Below, one piece after another: positions 1 to 8,256 of a stretch of 33,600 bases of DNA (within the stretch, counting starts at the first letter, position 1; each line of letters opens with the position of its first letter). Position numbers and translations under genes: made by a program. This stretch comes from a virus. Taxonomy: Duplodnaviria > Caudoviricetes. Below the pieces are notes generated by a model. It was not told the origin of the DNA and searched no databases. It worked only from the letters and a program-made list of their open reading frames with translations. The stretch lies in IMG/VR virus record IMGVR_UViG_3300024283_000026, positions 1 through 33,600 of that record. One strand, written 5' to 3'.

Positions 1-2
1 GC

Positions 3-1229
3 AAGGGGCTGGGCCGTCCGATCCACACCGCAGATCAGCGCATCGAAGCTCTGAAGGCGCTCGACTGCGTCGATGACGCCTTCGTGTCGGAAAGCCCCGA
101 CGCGGTCGATGTCATCGATCGGATCAAGCCTGCGGTCTACGTCAAGGGTATCGATTATGCCGAGTCCAATGATGAAGCGCTTGCCCGCGAGACCTTGGCC
201 GCAACTCGCCACGGCGGTCGGCTCCACATCACGCGCTCGGAAAAGTTCTCCTCGTCGAGGCTTATCAATGCAGACCGTTTTCCTGATTCCGTATCTGCTT
301 ATCTTCGGGACGCTGTATCTCGCGGCTTTCATCAGCATATTGTTGATGCTTTCGAGCGCGCTGATCGATTGCGCATTGCGTTCGTGGGCGAGACGATCGT
401 CGACGAATACCGATATGTCCACGCTCTTGGAAAGCCATCCAAGGAATTCATCCTGGCCACGGTCGAGCACCATCGAGAGGATTTCCTGGGAGGAATTGCG
501 GCGGCGGCGCAACACGCCGAATGGCCTCTCACGACCGTTGTCAGTGCAGACTCCCCAGTCGTAAAGACCCGCTATGTCGACGGCGACTTCACCAAGAAGC
601 TGTTCGAGGTCTACAACACCCGCAAGATCGAGTTGCATCCATCCGAGCGCGATCGCTTCCAATGCAAGCTGATCGAGGCGGTGCGTGACAATGACGTGGT
701 CGTGGTGATGGACTTCGGGCATGGGCTGATGGACTCGCGCGAGCGCCATGTCGTTGAAACTGCCAAGTTCCTCGCCGTGAATGCGCAGACCAATGCCGGA
801 AACTGCGGGTTCAATCCGGTGACGGCATACAAGAAAGCCGATCTCGTCTGTGTCGATGATCCGGAGGCGCGGCTCGCCGCCGGCATGCAGGATGCCGATA
901 TCAGGGCGGTGGTGTGGCATCTCTCCTGCCGCATCAAGTCGCAGCGGTTCGTCGTCACCCACGGCCGTCATGGCAGCCTCGCCTATTGTGCGGACGACTC
1001 CGAGCGGTTCTCCGATGTTCCTGCCTTCGCGATCCAGGGCGTCGACACCATGGGATGCGGGGACGCATTCCTTGCAACGGCCGCTCCTTTGGTTGCCGCT
1101 GGCCTTGACCTCGAAATGGCGGCCTTCGCTGGCAACGTCGCAGGGGCCATCAAGGCGTCGATCGTGGGGCACCGGAGGCATGTGCAGCGGGCCGAACTCA
1201 TGCAGACCATTGGGGCGTTGCTGGCGTGA
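3..1229 (+). CDS. hldE: Bifunctional HldE/RfaE-like nucleotidyltransferase plus PfkB-family sugar kinase (5'-truncated by the window)
   Basis: The frame is open from position 3 (KGLGRPIHTADQRIEALKALDCVD...KPAVYVKGIDY, cytidylyltransferase-like). It continues into a PfkB domain (VGETIVDEY, DFGHG, DTMGCGDAFLA). Domain order is reversed relative to E. coli HldE. Confidence 0.85.
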   Translation, partial: KGLGRPIHTADQRIEALKALDCVDDAFVSESPDAVDVIDRIKPAVYVKGIDYAESNDEALARETLAATRHGGRLHITRSEKFSSSRLINADRFPDSVSAYLRDAVSRGFHQHIVDAFERADRLRIAFVGETIVDEYRYVHALGKPSKEFILATVEHHREDFLGGIAAAAQHAEWPLTTVVSADSPVVKTRYVDGDFTKKLFEVYNTRKIELHPSERDRFQCKLIEAVRDNDVVVVMDFGHGLMDSRERHVVETAKFLAVNAQTNAGNCGFNPVTAYKKADLVCVDDPEARLAAGMQDADIRAVVWHLSCRIKSQRFVVTHGRHGSLAYCADDSERFSDVPAFAIQGVDTMGCGDAFLATAAPLVAAGLDLEMAAFAGNVAGAIKASIVGHRRHVQRAELMQTIGALLA

Positions 1230-1753
1230 GGGGGTTCATCAAGGCGCTGCGCCAGTCGCTTGAGTTCGTTGAATGTGAGGAGGATGGGTTCGAGAGCGCC
1301 ATTGCGATGGCGGCGGATGTCCGGAGCCGCCAGGGCCGCCTGTTTTTCATCGGCAATGGCGGCTCGGCGGCGATCGCCAGTCACATGGCGATCGACTTCC
1401 TGAACAAGGGGCGCTTCGCCGCGATGGCGTTTAATGATGGGGCGTCTTTAACGTGCCTCGGCAATGATCACGGGTATGATCAAGTCTTTATTCGGCCGTT
1501 TAGCGCTCACGTTAGGAATGGTGATATCCTGTTCGCAGTGTCTAGTTCGGGGAAGTCTGAAAGCGTTATAAATCCTGCGCTGCATGCGGGAGTCGTGGGG
1601 GCAAGCGTGGTCACGCTGTCTGGATTTGCCCCGGACAACCGTTTGCGGTCCCTCGGATCCGTCAACTTTTATGTGCCTTCGGAAAGCTATGGCGTAGTCG
1701 AGACCGCTCATCTCGCCATCCTGCATGCGATCTTGGATCGATTGGTGGATTGA
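1226..1753 (+). CDS. gmhA: SIS-domain phosphoheptose isomerase (GmhA-like)
   Basis: GNGGSAAIASH, TCLGNDHGY, SSSGKS and ETAH motifs. GTGA overlap with the upstream gene. Confidence 0.88.
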   Translation: MRGFIKALRQSLEFVECEEDGFESAIAMAADVRSRQGRLFFIGNGGSAAIASHMAIDFLNKGRFAAMAFNDGASLTCLGNDHGYDQVFIRPFSAHVRNGDILFAVSSSGKSESVINPALHAGVVGASVVTLSGFAPDNRLRSLGSVNFYVPSESYGVVETAHLAILHAILDRLVD

Positions 1754-2338
1754 GTGACGGCCGATGATCTTCTCGCCTTCGAAGCCGATATTGCCGCCGA
1801 ATTCGCGGCCGGCAAGATCGCATCTCCGGTCCATCTTGCGGGGGGGAACGAGACATGGCTGATCGAGTATTTCAGAAAACAGGTACGGCCTGGAGATTGG
1901 GTTCTAAGTCAATGGAGGAGCCACTACCACGCGCTGCTGGCCGGAGTGCTGCCCCAAGAGGTCAAGCAAGCGATTCTCGACGGGCGCTCGATTGCGCTAT
2001 GCTTTCCACGGTATCGCATCTTGTCCTCTGCCATCGTTGGCGGAACATGCCCGATTGCAACCGGCTTAGGAATGTCCATCAAGCGGCGCAACGGGCCTGA
2101 GCGAGTCCACTGTTTCGTCGGCGACATGACGGCGACCACGGGCATCTATCACGAATGCGTCAAATACTGCGCCGGTCACGATCTGCCGGTGTCGTTCGTG
2201 ATCGAGGACAATGGCACCTCGGTCTGCACCAGGACGGACGAGGCGTGGGGAACATCGCGGCGTGTTCCTGACGAGACGCGGTATTATTACGGGCTGACGC
2301 GGCCTCATGTGGGTGTTGGGAAGTATGTTAGGTTCTGA
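1754..2338 (+). CDS. TPP-dependent E1 alpha-like subunit (short)
   Basis: VHLAGGNE, WRSHYHALL and SSAIVGG motifs, plus the TPP-binding motif GDMTATTGIYHE...EDN. Confidence 0.85.
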   Translation: MTADDLLAFEADIAAEFAAGKIASPVHLAGGNETWLIEYFRKQVRPGDWVLSQWRSHYHALLAGVLPQEVKQAILDGRSIALCFPRYRILSSAIVGGTCPIATGLGMSIKRRNGPERVHCFVGDMTATTGIYHECVKYCAGHDLPVSFVIEDNGTSVCTRTDEAWGTSRRVPDETRYYYGLTRPHVGVGKYVRF

Positions 2339-2359
2339 GTGCGGTCCTATGGAGGAACG

Positions 2360-2596
2360 ATGGAACGGGAAAATGACGGCGATGGCTATGTGCTGTCTAC
2401 GGGGCGGCGTTTCTATGCCAATCGTGGACTGATCGGGATCAACCCCGAAATGGAAGTTTCAGAAGGCTATGACGGCCATATCCACTACGGTCCGATCTTT
2501 TATCCGCAGGAAGCGCCGGGATGGTCGAAAGAAGAAAGAGCCGAGTTGGCTGACTTCATGATTGCTTTGTGGTCTCGGTTCAAGGCGTCGGTGTGA
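2360..2596 (+). CDS. Small hypothetical protein between the E1 alpha and E1 beta genes
   Basis: GGAGG at 2351-2355 precedes ATG 2360. The stop overlaps the next start (GTGA). Confidence 0.7.
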   Translation: MERENDGDGYVLSTGRRFYANRGLIGINPEMEVSEGYDGHIHYGPIFYPQEAPGWSKEERAELADFMIALWSRFKASV

Positions 2597-3159
2597 ACTA
2601 CTTCTCCGAACTTTGCTTCGCCATGGCGACTCTGGCGAAAGAACGCCGCGCGATCTTCCTCGGTCAAGGTGTCGCCAATCTCGGCACGACCATGAGCCCG
2701 ACGTTCCGTGATGTGCCACGCGACCAACTCCTCGAAATGCCCGTCGCCGAGGACATGCAGATGGGAATCGCTACCGGCATGGCGATTGATGGAATGCTAC
2801 CGGTCTGCGTGTTTCCGCGCTGGAATTTTCTGCTGTGTGCTGCGAATCAGTTGGTCAATCATCTCGATCGCCTTCCGCTGTACTCGGCGGGCGGCTATCG
2901 GACAAAGGTCATCATTCGCGTGGCAACCCCCACAACGAAGCCGTTCTATCCAGGGCCGCAGCACGACGACGACTTCTCCAAAGCGTTCCACAAGATGTTG
3001 AGGACCATCAAGGTGATCCAATTGCCGGAAGCGGAATCGATCATGCCGGCCTACCGGCGGGCGCTGGTGGATGACTGCTCGACCATCCTGGTGGAGCGGA
3101 CGGAACTGTATGGGGATCAGCGTGCCGATTCCGAACATCGTCATCCCCGGTCCGCATGA
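2593..3159 (+). CDS. TPP-dependent E1 beta / transketolase pyrimidine-binding subunit
   Basis: IFLGQGV, EMPVAEDMQMGIATGMA, NQLVNHLD and GPQH motifs. Start placed at GTG 2593 (GTGA overlap). Confidence 0.85.
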   Translation: MNYFSELCFAMATLAKERRAIFLGQGVANLGTTMSPTFRDVPRDQLLEMPVAEDMQMGIATGMAIDGMLPVCVFPRWNFLLCAANQLVNHLDRLPLYSAGGYRTKVIIRVATPTTKPFYPGPQHDDDFSKAFHKMLRTIKVIQLPEAESIMPAYRRALVDDCSTILVERTELYGDQRADSEHRHPRSA

Positions 3160-3421
3160 AGACGAACGCATTCGAGCGGCGCGTCATGAGAAGTACGATG
3201 AGCGGATTTGTGAGAACCTTGGTTATCCGCCGGAGTTGCCGACCAATGTCCGGCTCGAGCATAACCCGAATTGGCGCAATGAAGTCCCGCTTGGTTTTGT
3301 GAGCATCCAATGTGCGCACGATTGTTCGCATTGGGTATGGCAGTTCGTTCGCGTGATTTGGATTGTCGGACAGTTTGCCGGTCCAGCTTTCGGGCTAGGA
3401 TATATTGTGAGTTATAGATGA
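3110..3421 (+). CDS. Hypothetical protein with a hydrophobic C-terminus
   Basis: ORF fills the gap to the next gene. The start is uncertain: ATG 3110 overlaps the end of the E1 beta gene. Confidence 0.4.
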   Translation: MGISVPIPNIVIPGPHEDERIRAARHEKYDERICENLGYPPELPTNVRLEHNPNWRNEVPLGFVSIQCAHDCSHWVWQFVRVIWIVGQFAGPAFGLGYIVSYR

Positions 3422-3427
3422 GGCGAC

Positions 3428-3658
3428 ATGACCGAAGCGCAGCGCGTGCTAAATATGTCTAACGACATAACAACCTCTCTGCATGAGACGGTTGGGCCGA
3501 ATATGTCCGTTCGCGTCGCGTTGACCGTCCTCGCCACCATGATCGCATCTTATTACGAGAGCGAATCGTCTCAAGAGATGATGATCGATTTTGTCAGCGA
3601 TCAGATTCGAAAAACGATGGCCGTCCATAAACTCAAAAATATGAGCCTGTTAAATTGA
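3428..3658 (+). CDS. Small hypothetical protein
   Basis: GAGG precedes ATG 3428. The stop overlaps the next start. Confidence 0.6.
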   Translation: MTEAQRVLNMSNDITTSLHETVGPNMSVRVALTVLATMIASYYESESSQEMMIDFVSDQIRKTMAVHKLKNMSLLN

Positions 3659-3855
3659 TCGACCTTCCCCGCTATCACGTCCTCGTCAAGTTCGGCTCCG
3701 GCATCCCAGCAGACGCCCAAGGTCGTGCCATGCTGGCATTCGAGAAGAACCTGCGTGAACTCACTGCGGCCCCCTGCGAGGTCCAAAAGGAAATCATGGG
3801 AGACGATTCCAAACTGCGCCGGTCCATGACCGCCGAGCAAAGGGCCAAGCTGTGA
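3655..3855 (+). CDS. Small hypothetical protein coupled to the radical SAM gene
   Basis: 4-nt overlaps at both ends (TTGA and GTGA). Codon usage is GC3-rich, like the core genes. Confidence 0.65.
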   Translation: MIDLPRYHVLVKFGSGIPADAQGRAMLAFEKNLRELTAAPCEVQKEIMGDDSKLRRSMTAEQRAKL

Positions 3856-5000
3856 CCTCCGCGCTTCCCGAACTCATCAATCACGTCGTAACTGGTTCTC
3901 CTGTCCAAGAACTTCAACTGGACGGCTCCAAAATTGGCTGGTGGCGAGACCGCGTGCTTGCCTGGGAGCGTGGAGAGAAGATCGCGCCTGTCACCATCGA
4001 CGCCGCATGGACGAGGAAATGCAATGCCGCGTGCTCCTTCTGCTACGCCCAGATGCAGGCCAGCGAAGGTAAAGAGATCACGGAGAAGATAGCCTGTGAG
4101 TTTCTTGAGGATGCCGCGGAGATCGGCGTTAAGGGCGTTAGCCTCATTTCGGACGGTGAAAGTACCGTGGTGCCCTTCTACGAGCGGTCTATCGAGTACG
4201 GGTCGAAGCTCGGATTGCGCCTTGGTGTGGGAACTAATGGAGTCAGACTCAAGTGCAAAGTCCTTGAGCGCATACTGCCTCACTTGTCATATCTCCGGTT
4301 CAATTTCTCTGCCGGCGATCTCGCCCGTTACAAGGAAATCATGGGCCTCAAGGAGCGCGATTACTGGCAAGTGATACAGAACGTCAAGGACGCGATGGAG
4401 ATCAAGCGCAGGGACAAGTTGCCTCTGACCATCAACATGCAGATGGTCACGATGCCAGACATGCATGACCAGATCATCCCGTTGGTCCGGCTGGCGCAGA
4501 AAATCCGGCCGGACTATCTCATTTTCAAGCACTGCGCCGACAACATCGACGGCCATCTCGGCATCGACTATCGCAAGTATGATGCGCTTTATGAGACGTT
4601 CCGCGAAGCGGAGGAGATGGGCGATGACGAATTCCGGATCGTGGTCAAATGGTCGCGTCTGGCGGATGAAGGTAAGAGGGCTTATTCTCGATGTTTCGGT
4701 CCTCCTTTTATCATGCAGCTTTCTGGCAACGGTCTCATTGCTCCTTGCGGGTTTCTCTTTAATGAGCGCTTCCGTGCCTTTCATATTGGCAATATTTGCG
4801 ATACCCGCTTCCGTGATTTGTTTGCGTCTGATCGATACTGGGAAGTGATGCGCTACCTCGCCAGTGAGCACTTCAATCCGCAGAAGCGCTGCGGCCCGAA
4901 CTGCCTCCAGACCAACACCAACAAGTGGCTGTTCGACTACGTCAATGGTGACGTGTCGTTCCCGACCACTGCGCCGCCGCCGGACCTCGCGTTCCTGTAA
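3852..5000 (+). CDS. Radical SAM enzyme with SPASM/twitch domain
   Basis: CNAACSFC (CxxxCxxC), DGES and TNG motifs. C-terminal auxiliary-cluster Cys pattern C..GNGLIAPC..IGNI..CGPNC. Confidence 0.9.
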   Translation: MTSALPELINHVVTGSPVQELQLDGSKIGWWRDRVLAWERGEKIAPVTIDAAWTRKCNAACSFCYAQMQASEGKEITEKIACEFLEDAAEIGVKGVSLISDGESTVVPFYERSIEYGSKLGLRLGVGTNGVRLKCKVLERILPHLSYLRFNFSAGDLARYKEIMGLKERDYWQVIQNVKDAMEIKRRDKLPLTINMQMVTMPDMHDQIIPLVRLAQKIRPDYLIFKHCADNIDGHLGIDYRKYDALYETFREAEEMGDDEFRIVVKWSRLADEGKRAYSRCFGPPFIMQLSGNGLIAPCGFLFNERFRAFHIGNICDTRFRDLFASDRYWEVMRYLASEHFNPQKRCGPNCLQTNTNKWLFDYVNGDVSFPTTAPPPDLAFL

Positions 5001-5711
5001 GTGTTCACCAAGGACGACTTTCGTCACTACGGCCCACTGCCCGAGGTCGGCACATGGCTCGGAAACGTCATCCAGCCGGGATGGAAGGTTCTCGAAATCG
5101 GACCCGGCATCCGCCCATTCCCGCGCGCCGATGTCTATGTCGACCTGATTGATATCAAAGGCGTCGATCCCGACAAACTCATCAAGGTCGACGTGGCCAA
5201 CGAGCCTCTGCCGTTCGCGGACAAAGCTTTCGACTTCGTAGTATGCCGGCACACGCTGGAGGACTTGTTCAACCCCTTCCTGCTATGCGCGGAAATGTCC
5301 CGCGTCGCCAGGGCCGGCTATGTGGAGACGCCGTCACCTCTCGCCGAGTTGACCAAGGGGGTCGATGGCGGCGGACCGGAGTATCGAGGCTTCCATCATC
5401 ACCGCTATGTCGTGTGGCGTTCGGAAAAGGAACTCGCCTTCGTCGCCAAGTATCCCTTGGTAGAATTGATGAAGATGACCGACGACGGCGACCGACTCGA
5501 AAAGCTTCTGCGCAAAGGTCCGCTGTTCTGGAACACCTATTACCCCTGGGAAGATCGGATCATCGTCAAGCATCATCAGTGCCCGCAGGACTTCGCCTTC
5601 TGCGACACGGAAAAAGTGCCGCACTATTTCACGCTATTGAACCGCGCCATCATCGAGTCGATCGGCGCCAACCGCGAATTGCTGGCGCATGCACCACGGA
5701 CTGGCCAATGA
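5001..5711 (+). CDS. Class I SAM-dependent methyltransferase
   Basis: VLEIGPG, LPFADKAFDFVVCRHTLED and EMSRVARAGYVETP motifs. Confidence 0.85.
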   Translation: MFTKDDFRHYGPLPEVGTWLGNVIQPGWKVLEIGPGIRPFPRADVYVDLIDIKGVDPDKLIKVDVANEPLPFADKAFDFVVCRHTLEDLFNPFLLCAEMSRVARAGYVETPSPLAELTKGVDGGGPEYRGFHHHRYVVWRSEKELAFVAKYPLVELMKMTDDGDRLEKLLRKGPLFWNTYYPWEDRIIVKHHQCPQDFAFCDTEKVPHYFTLLNRAIIESIGANRELLAHAPRTGQ

Positions 5712-6573
5712 CCACACCTGGGTCAAGAGATGCAAGCGTGGCCTGTTCATGTATAGCCTCAACGATACGTTCATCGGTCGTTCGCTGCATTTCTACGGGG
5801 AGTGGTGCGATACCGAGATCGAGTTTCTTCGCTCCCTGATCCATTCCGGAGACGTGGTGCTCGATGTCGGTGCAAATATCGGAACGCACACGGTCCCGTT
5901 TTCTCAGTTCGTCGGACCGGAAGGCGAGGTTCACTCATTCGAGCCGCTGCCTGAGTTGTTTCACATGCTGGCCGGAAATGCGGCGCTGAACAACTGTCAC
6001 AACGTCGTCTGTCGGCAGGCCGCAGTGGGAAAGAGCCTCGGGGTTTTGCCGTGCCCTTCCATTCCGGCGGCGCATGAGATCGCGAACCGCGGAGCCGCGT
6101 CGTTCATGCGAGAGGCGGCTGACTTATGGCCGCATGTCAAGGAATACGCGACCAAGGCAAAGCCGGTTCGGCTCATGACCATCGATGCGCTCGACCTTGA
6201 CCGCTGCGACCTCATCAAGATCGATGTGGAGGGGATGGAGGAGGCCGTTCTCGCCGGTGCCAAGGATACGATCCGGCGATGCCGGCCCCTGATCTATCTC
6301 GAAGGCCGCGAGCGGGAGGAATCCTTGGCGGACTTCCTCGATGCCTCCGGCTACGTCGCGTGGTGGTCGTTCCACAACTATTTCAATCCGGCAAACGCCT
6401 TCGGTCAAACCCGCGATATCTGGCCGGAGATCGGCCCCAGCATCAATCTTCTGTGCGCTCCCCGAGAAATGAACCTGGTGATGACCGACCACGAATCGTT
6501 CCTCGGCAAGACCGATGAAGCCATCGCCGCCATTCGCCGCGGCGCCGAACACAACCTCTGGACCGTCAACTGA
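5689..6573 (+). CDS. FkbM-family methyltransferase
   Basis: LDVGANIGTH, SFEP and IKIDVEGME motifs. Confidence 0.9.
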   Translation: MHHGLANDHTWVKRCKRGLFMYSLNDTFIGRSLHFYGEWCDTEIEFLRSLIHSGDVVLDVGANIGTHTVPFSQFVGPEGEVHSFEPLPELFHMLAGNAALNNCHNVVCRQAAVGKSLGVLPCPSIPAAHEIANRGAASFMREAADLWPHVKEYATKAKPVRLMTIDALDLDRCDLIKIDVEGMEEAVLAGAKDTIRRCRPLIYLEGREREESLADFLDASGYVAWWSFHNYFNPANAFGQTRDIWPEIGPSINLLCAPREMNLVMTDHESFLGKTDEAIAAIRRGAEHNLWTVN

Positions 6574-6581
6574 GAGACTTC

Positions 6582-7448
6582 ATGGCACATAAAATCTTCA
6601 TCTTCGTTCCCGCTTTCGGCCAGCACATCACGGCGACCACGTTTCTGACGACGCATGCGCTGCAGCAGGCTCTTGCCTCCAAGGGTATCGGTGGCGGTGT
6701 TTCCACGTTGTCATTCCCAGACATCGCCGAATTGCGTTCGATGGCGCTGACGATCTTCTATGATGCCCTTGATGCCTCGCATATCCTGTTCATCGACGCC
6801 GATATGGGTTTTGCCCCCGAGTTGGTGCTCGATATGCTCATGTTCGGGGAGCCCCTGGTCGGCACGCTTTATCCCCAGCGCAAGTTGCCGCTGTCGTGGG
6901 CGGGCTCCGGAACCGGGGAGAAGGTCACCGAACGTCGCGCCGGGTTCATGCGGGTCGAGGGCGTCGGCATGGGGTGCACGCTGATCTCGCGCGAGGTCGT
7001 GACACGGATGCTCGAGCAGTTCCCGGAGATCGTCGATACGCGGCTGTCGCTCCATCCGGCATGCCAGATGATGAAGGACGCCAAATGTACCCGTCTTATT
7101 CGGGCGTTCGATAAGATCGACCTGCCGGAGCGCGGCCAAGTTTCGGAAGACCTCTCGTTCTGCATGCGGTGGAACAAGTGCGGCGGGAAGACATGGGCCG
7201 CGATCGGGCACAAGATTTCTCATGTCGGGCCGTTCGATTACTGCGGGCGGTATCTCGACGTGATCGAGGCGCAGGAGCGCGAAGCGGCAGCGCAGGCGCA
7301 GGCCAATGTCGCGGCGCTCCCGCAAAACGCGGGCGGCACCACGGCGGGGCCGATGCTGTTGCCGGGCAATCTTGCGCCGACCGAGGCCAAGCTGTATGTG
7401 CCGGCCGAACTTGCAGCGGAACCGGTGCAGATGCAGGCGGCCGAATGA
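6582..7448 (+). CDS. GT-A fold glycosyltransferase (phage GT2-like)
   Basis: HILFIDADMGF (DxD), GMGCTLISR, SEDLSFC and ISHVG motifs. Ala/Gln-rich C-terminal tail. Confidence 0.82.
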   Translation: MAHKIFIFVPAFGQHITATTFLTTHALQQALASKGIGGGVSTLSFPDIAELRSMALTIFYDALDASHILFIDADMGFAPELVLDMLMFGEPLVGTLYPQRKLPLSWAGSGTGEKVTERRAGFMRVEGVGMGCTLISREVVTRMLEQFPEIVDTRLSLHPACQMMKDAKCTRLIRAFDKIDLPERGQVSEDLSFCMRWNKCGGKTWAAIGHKISHVGPFDYCGRYLDVIEAQEREAAAQAQANVAALPQNAGGTTAGPMLLPGNLAPTEAKLYVPAELAAEPVQMQAAE

Positions 7449-7452
7449 GCCT

Positions 7453-7482
7453 ATTGACAACGGTCCGTCAATGAGATAAGCG
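7453..7482 (+). promoter_or_regulatory. Putative sigma70 promoter for the structural operon with an overlapping inverted repeat
   Basis: TTGACA at 7454-7459, a 17-nt spacer and TAAGCG at 7477-7482. ATTGAC-N8-GTCAAT palindrome at 7453-7472. Confidence 0.55.
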
Positions 7483-7494
7483 AAAAATACTGTT

Positions 7495-7645
7495 CCCTTC
7501 TGCGTGCCGCAGAGGGTCGAGCACCAAGCCGAAGACTGATCCGCGCCGGATGGTCTGACGGCAATCTCCCGCAGCGAGCCGCAGCGGTTTTCCCCGGACT
7601 TCGACCTTGGCAGCGCCTGCCTGGACGAGCCCCATTTCGGAGCTT
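7495..7645 (+). ncRNA. Putative structured 5' leader RNA of the capsid operon
   Basis: Hairpins at 7495-7516, 7533-7556 and 7609-7621. Long-range pairing of 7513-7521 with 7600-7608. Confidence 0.4.
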
Positions 7646-7653
7646 GTTTTCGC

Positions 7654-8241
7654 ATGGCCAACACCCAGGCCCAGTTCGGGTTCAAGCACATCGGATTTCT
7701 GTCCGGCGGTGCGCCCGATTATCAATTGGCGACCGCGCCAATCCTTTCGACCTACACCACCAAGATTTACTTCGGCGATGCCGTCATCTATTCGACGGCG
7801 TCCCAGTACATCCAGCCCGCGACCGGCACCGGTACCGCGATTGTCGGCATCTTCCAGGGCTGTGAATTCACACCCTCGACCGGCGGACCTCCGCAGTGGT
7901 CGCCCTGGTGGCCCGGCGCCGCGAATGCGGATGCGACGGCCTACATCGTCAACGCCCCGAACGCCAAGTTCCTGGTGGCTTCGCTTCTCACGACCGTCCC
8001 GGCAACCGCGATCGGCCGCAACATCGGCATCTCGACGGGCTCCGGCGGCACAACGGCAGGAGGTGGATACTCGACCTACGTGGTCGATGCCGCGAGCATC
8101 ACCACCACCAATGCTCTCCAGCCATTCCGCGTGCTTGGTCTCTATGCCACTAACGGCATCGGGAACGGGTCCGACACCACCTCCAACTATGGATGGGTGA
8201 TCGTCGGGTTCAACCAGCAGTGCACCGCGACTTTGAGCTAA
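7654..8241 (+). CDS. Probable capsid decoration/cement protein
   Basis: Lies immediately before the major capsid gene. MANTQAQFGF start, IYFGDAV and IVGIFQGC motifs; beta-rich, Thr/Gly-rich. GGAG RBS. Confidence 0.65.
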   Translation: MANTQAQFGFKHIGFLSGGAPDYQLATAPILSTYTTKIYFGDAVIYSTASQYIQPATGTGTAIVGIFQGCEFTPSTGGPPQWSPWWPGAANADATAYIVNAPNAKFLVASLLTTVPATAIGRNIGISTGSGGTTAGGGYSTYVVDAASITTTNALQPFRVLGLYATNGIGNGSDTTSNYGWVIVGFNQQCTATLS

Positions 8242-8256
8242 GGGGAGCACTGAACC

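Noticed and set aside
1754-3159. Pyruvate dehydrogenase as a central-metabolism auxiliary gene
   Set aside because: The subunits are short, no E2 or E3 gene is present, and the neighbours are sugar-nucleotide enzymes, so a sugar-tailoring role fits better.
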